DNA from: Hemiscyllium ocellatum | Lineage: Eukaryota | Length of the DNA: 64,000 nucleotides | Direction: 5' to 3' | NCBI RefSeq assembly: GCF_020745735.1 | Contig: NC_083434.1 | Span: 38,871,966 to 38,935,965 of the forward strand | Shown: one piece after another, positions 62,056 to 64,000 of the stretch | Position numbering within the stretch: position 1 is the first letter of the stretch | Layout of the letters: each line of letters opens with the position of its first letter | Program-made: the position numbers and the translations under genes | The notes under the pieces: model-generated | Told to the model about the DNA's origin: nothing | The model's database searches: none | What the model saw: the letters and a program-made list of their open reading frames with translations, nothing else

Positions 62056-63324
62056 ACAGTGATGCCCAAAAAGTAATTCCAACCCCCACAATGAATGAAT
62101 GTTGTGGCAGATCACTGCCCTTGCTCCTATTTCTCAGACAGCGGCCATGGTTTTGCCTTTGTCATTTGTATCTCCTCCAACCATCTTTTATTTCATTCCA
62201 TTACTCTCCCACTTCACCTTGCACCTTCAGTAAATGCTGGCCTAGTCAACAACACCCAAATCCCCTGAATGAGAAGGGAATACACTTGTGGAATGTGGGC
62301 ATCATTGGCTGGGCCAGCACTTATTGCCTGTCCCTAGTTGCCCCTTGAGAAGGTGCCTTCTTGAATCGCTGCAATCCATGTGATAAGGGGTGACCCACAA
62401 TGCCCTGAGGGAGGGAATTTCACGGTTTTGACCCAGTGACAGTGAAGCAACAGGTGTTACATATTTCCAAGTCAGGACGATGAGTGGTTTGGAGGGGGGT
62501 GCATGTTGAAAGAGGTTGGTGTTCCCATGTGTCTGCTGCCCTTCTCCTTACAGATGGAAGTGGTCGTGAGTTTGGAAGGTGCTGTTCTGAGGATCTTTGG
62601 TGATTTTCTGCAGTGCATCTTGTAGCTGGTACATACTGCTGCTACTGAGCGCAGATAAAGGGAGTGGATGTTTGTGGATGTGGTGCCAATCAAGTGGGCT
62701 GCTTTGCCCTGGATGGTGCCGAGCTTGTTGAATGTTGTTGGGACTGTACCCAGATACGTAGGGACTAATCCATCCTGCTCATGCTCACTCTCCTCCACAG
62801 ACTTTATCTTCTGTAATTATACTCCTTCCCCTGCATTTTATCCCAAACTCTATTCTGATGAAAAATCACAAATGTAACGTGTTAACTCTCTCTTCTTCCT
62901 CTCTCTCCCAACAGATGTTGCCTGACTCTGTGTTTTAAGCATTTTCTGTTTATTTACTGTCAATAAATAATTTGCTCTCTCTAAATCCCCCTAATTATTA
63001 TTAGCGCAATTGTATCGCAATAAAAACAAAGGATTTAGGAATAGGAATAAAGAAAGCAGGAAATGAAAAAAAAAGCAAAAACAAAAGAGGCCATTCAGCC
63101 CCTCCAACCGGTTCAGTAAAGTCATGGCTGACCTGAGCTTCTGCCTCTTGCCATAACCCTCAGCTCTCCAATAGTTCAGCAATCCCTCTATCCGAGATGA
63201 AAATATACTGAATGGCCCAGTCTCCACTGCTGAGTGCGAGAAGATAACTGTGAAAACGATTGTCCCTCCAAGAGAAGAAATTCTTTCCCATCTCCATTTC
63301 AATTATAGAGTCATTGAGTTATAG

Positions 63325-63725
63325 AGACATAATACATCACGGAAACAGATCCATGAAGACCCGATATCCTAACCAAATCTAGTCCCGTTTGCCAGCACTT
63401 GACCCATATCTCTTTAAACCCTTCCTATTCATGTACCCATCCAGATGCCTTTTAAATATTGTAATTGTATCAGCCTCCACCAATTCTTCTGGCAGCTCAT
63501 TCCATACATATGTACCACTCTCTGTATGGAAAAGTTTCCCTTTTATATCTTTCCCCCTCTCACCCTAAACCTATGACCTCTAGTTCTGGACTCCCTCACT
63601 CCAGGGAAAACGACCTTGTTTACTTACCCTATCCATGCCCCTCATGACTTTATAACCATCTAAAACGCCTCTGACACTCCAGGGAAAACAGTACCAGCTT
63701 ATTCAGTCTCTCCCTTTAGCTCAAA
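63325..63725 (-). mobile_element. CR1 LINE 3' end
   Basis: Matches the 7181-7420 and 8941-9080 CR1 3' sequence. Confidence 0.8.
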
Positions 63726-64000
63726 TAGTCCAAATAGCTCAGTGTGAAACTATAACCTCTGTTCCAGATTCTTGCATTTGCTTCAAGACTAATCAAGAAT
63801 CAACTAAACCCTTCCTGGAACTCTGTGTCCTTCAAAGCTCACCACCTCCCCACTCCCACCCCTCCATGCCAACACTGGTGGCCTTGTGTCTAACAACCAG
63901 GGCCTTGAACTCCAAGGAAGGTGAAGAGGTTTTACAGCATGGGAAGAGGCCTGTTAGCCCATTGCGTTTATGTCAAATGTCAAACATCAATCTATTCTAA

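Overview
Vertebrate genomic DNA, most likely a cartilaginous fish (inferred from the HE1/V-SINE-like, CR1 and Penelope repeat content). It carries the conserved ZDHHC3-EXOSC7-CLEC3B block. Only the 5' end of ZDHHC3 is present (minus strand), sharing a CpG-rich bidirectional promoter with a complete 8-exon EXOSC7 (RRP42, 291 aa). A complete 3-coding-exon CLEC3B (tetranectin, 201 aa) follows. The rest is dense in retroelements: CR1 LINEs, tRNA-derived SINEs, one Tx1/L1-like insertion, TA-flanked MITEs, a 1.5 kb G-rich 29-bp minisatellite and a 267-nt assembly gap. The most striking signal is an abundance of Penelope-like element (PLE) sequence bearing minimal type I hammerhead ribozyme motifs (CTGANGA...GAAA) of several families. 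Five of these are ~190-230 bp head-to-head hairpin mini-elements with 11-17 bp target-site duplications, a tail on one arm only, and an inversion point at the ribozyme. Two near-identical PLE copies in opposite orientation bracket EXOSC7 exons 2-7. All coordinates were read by eye, so repeat boundaries are approximate.
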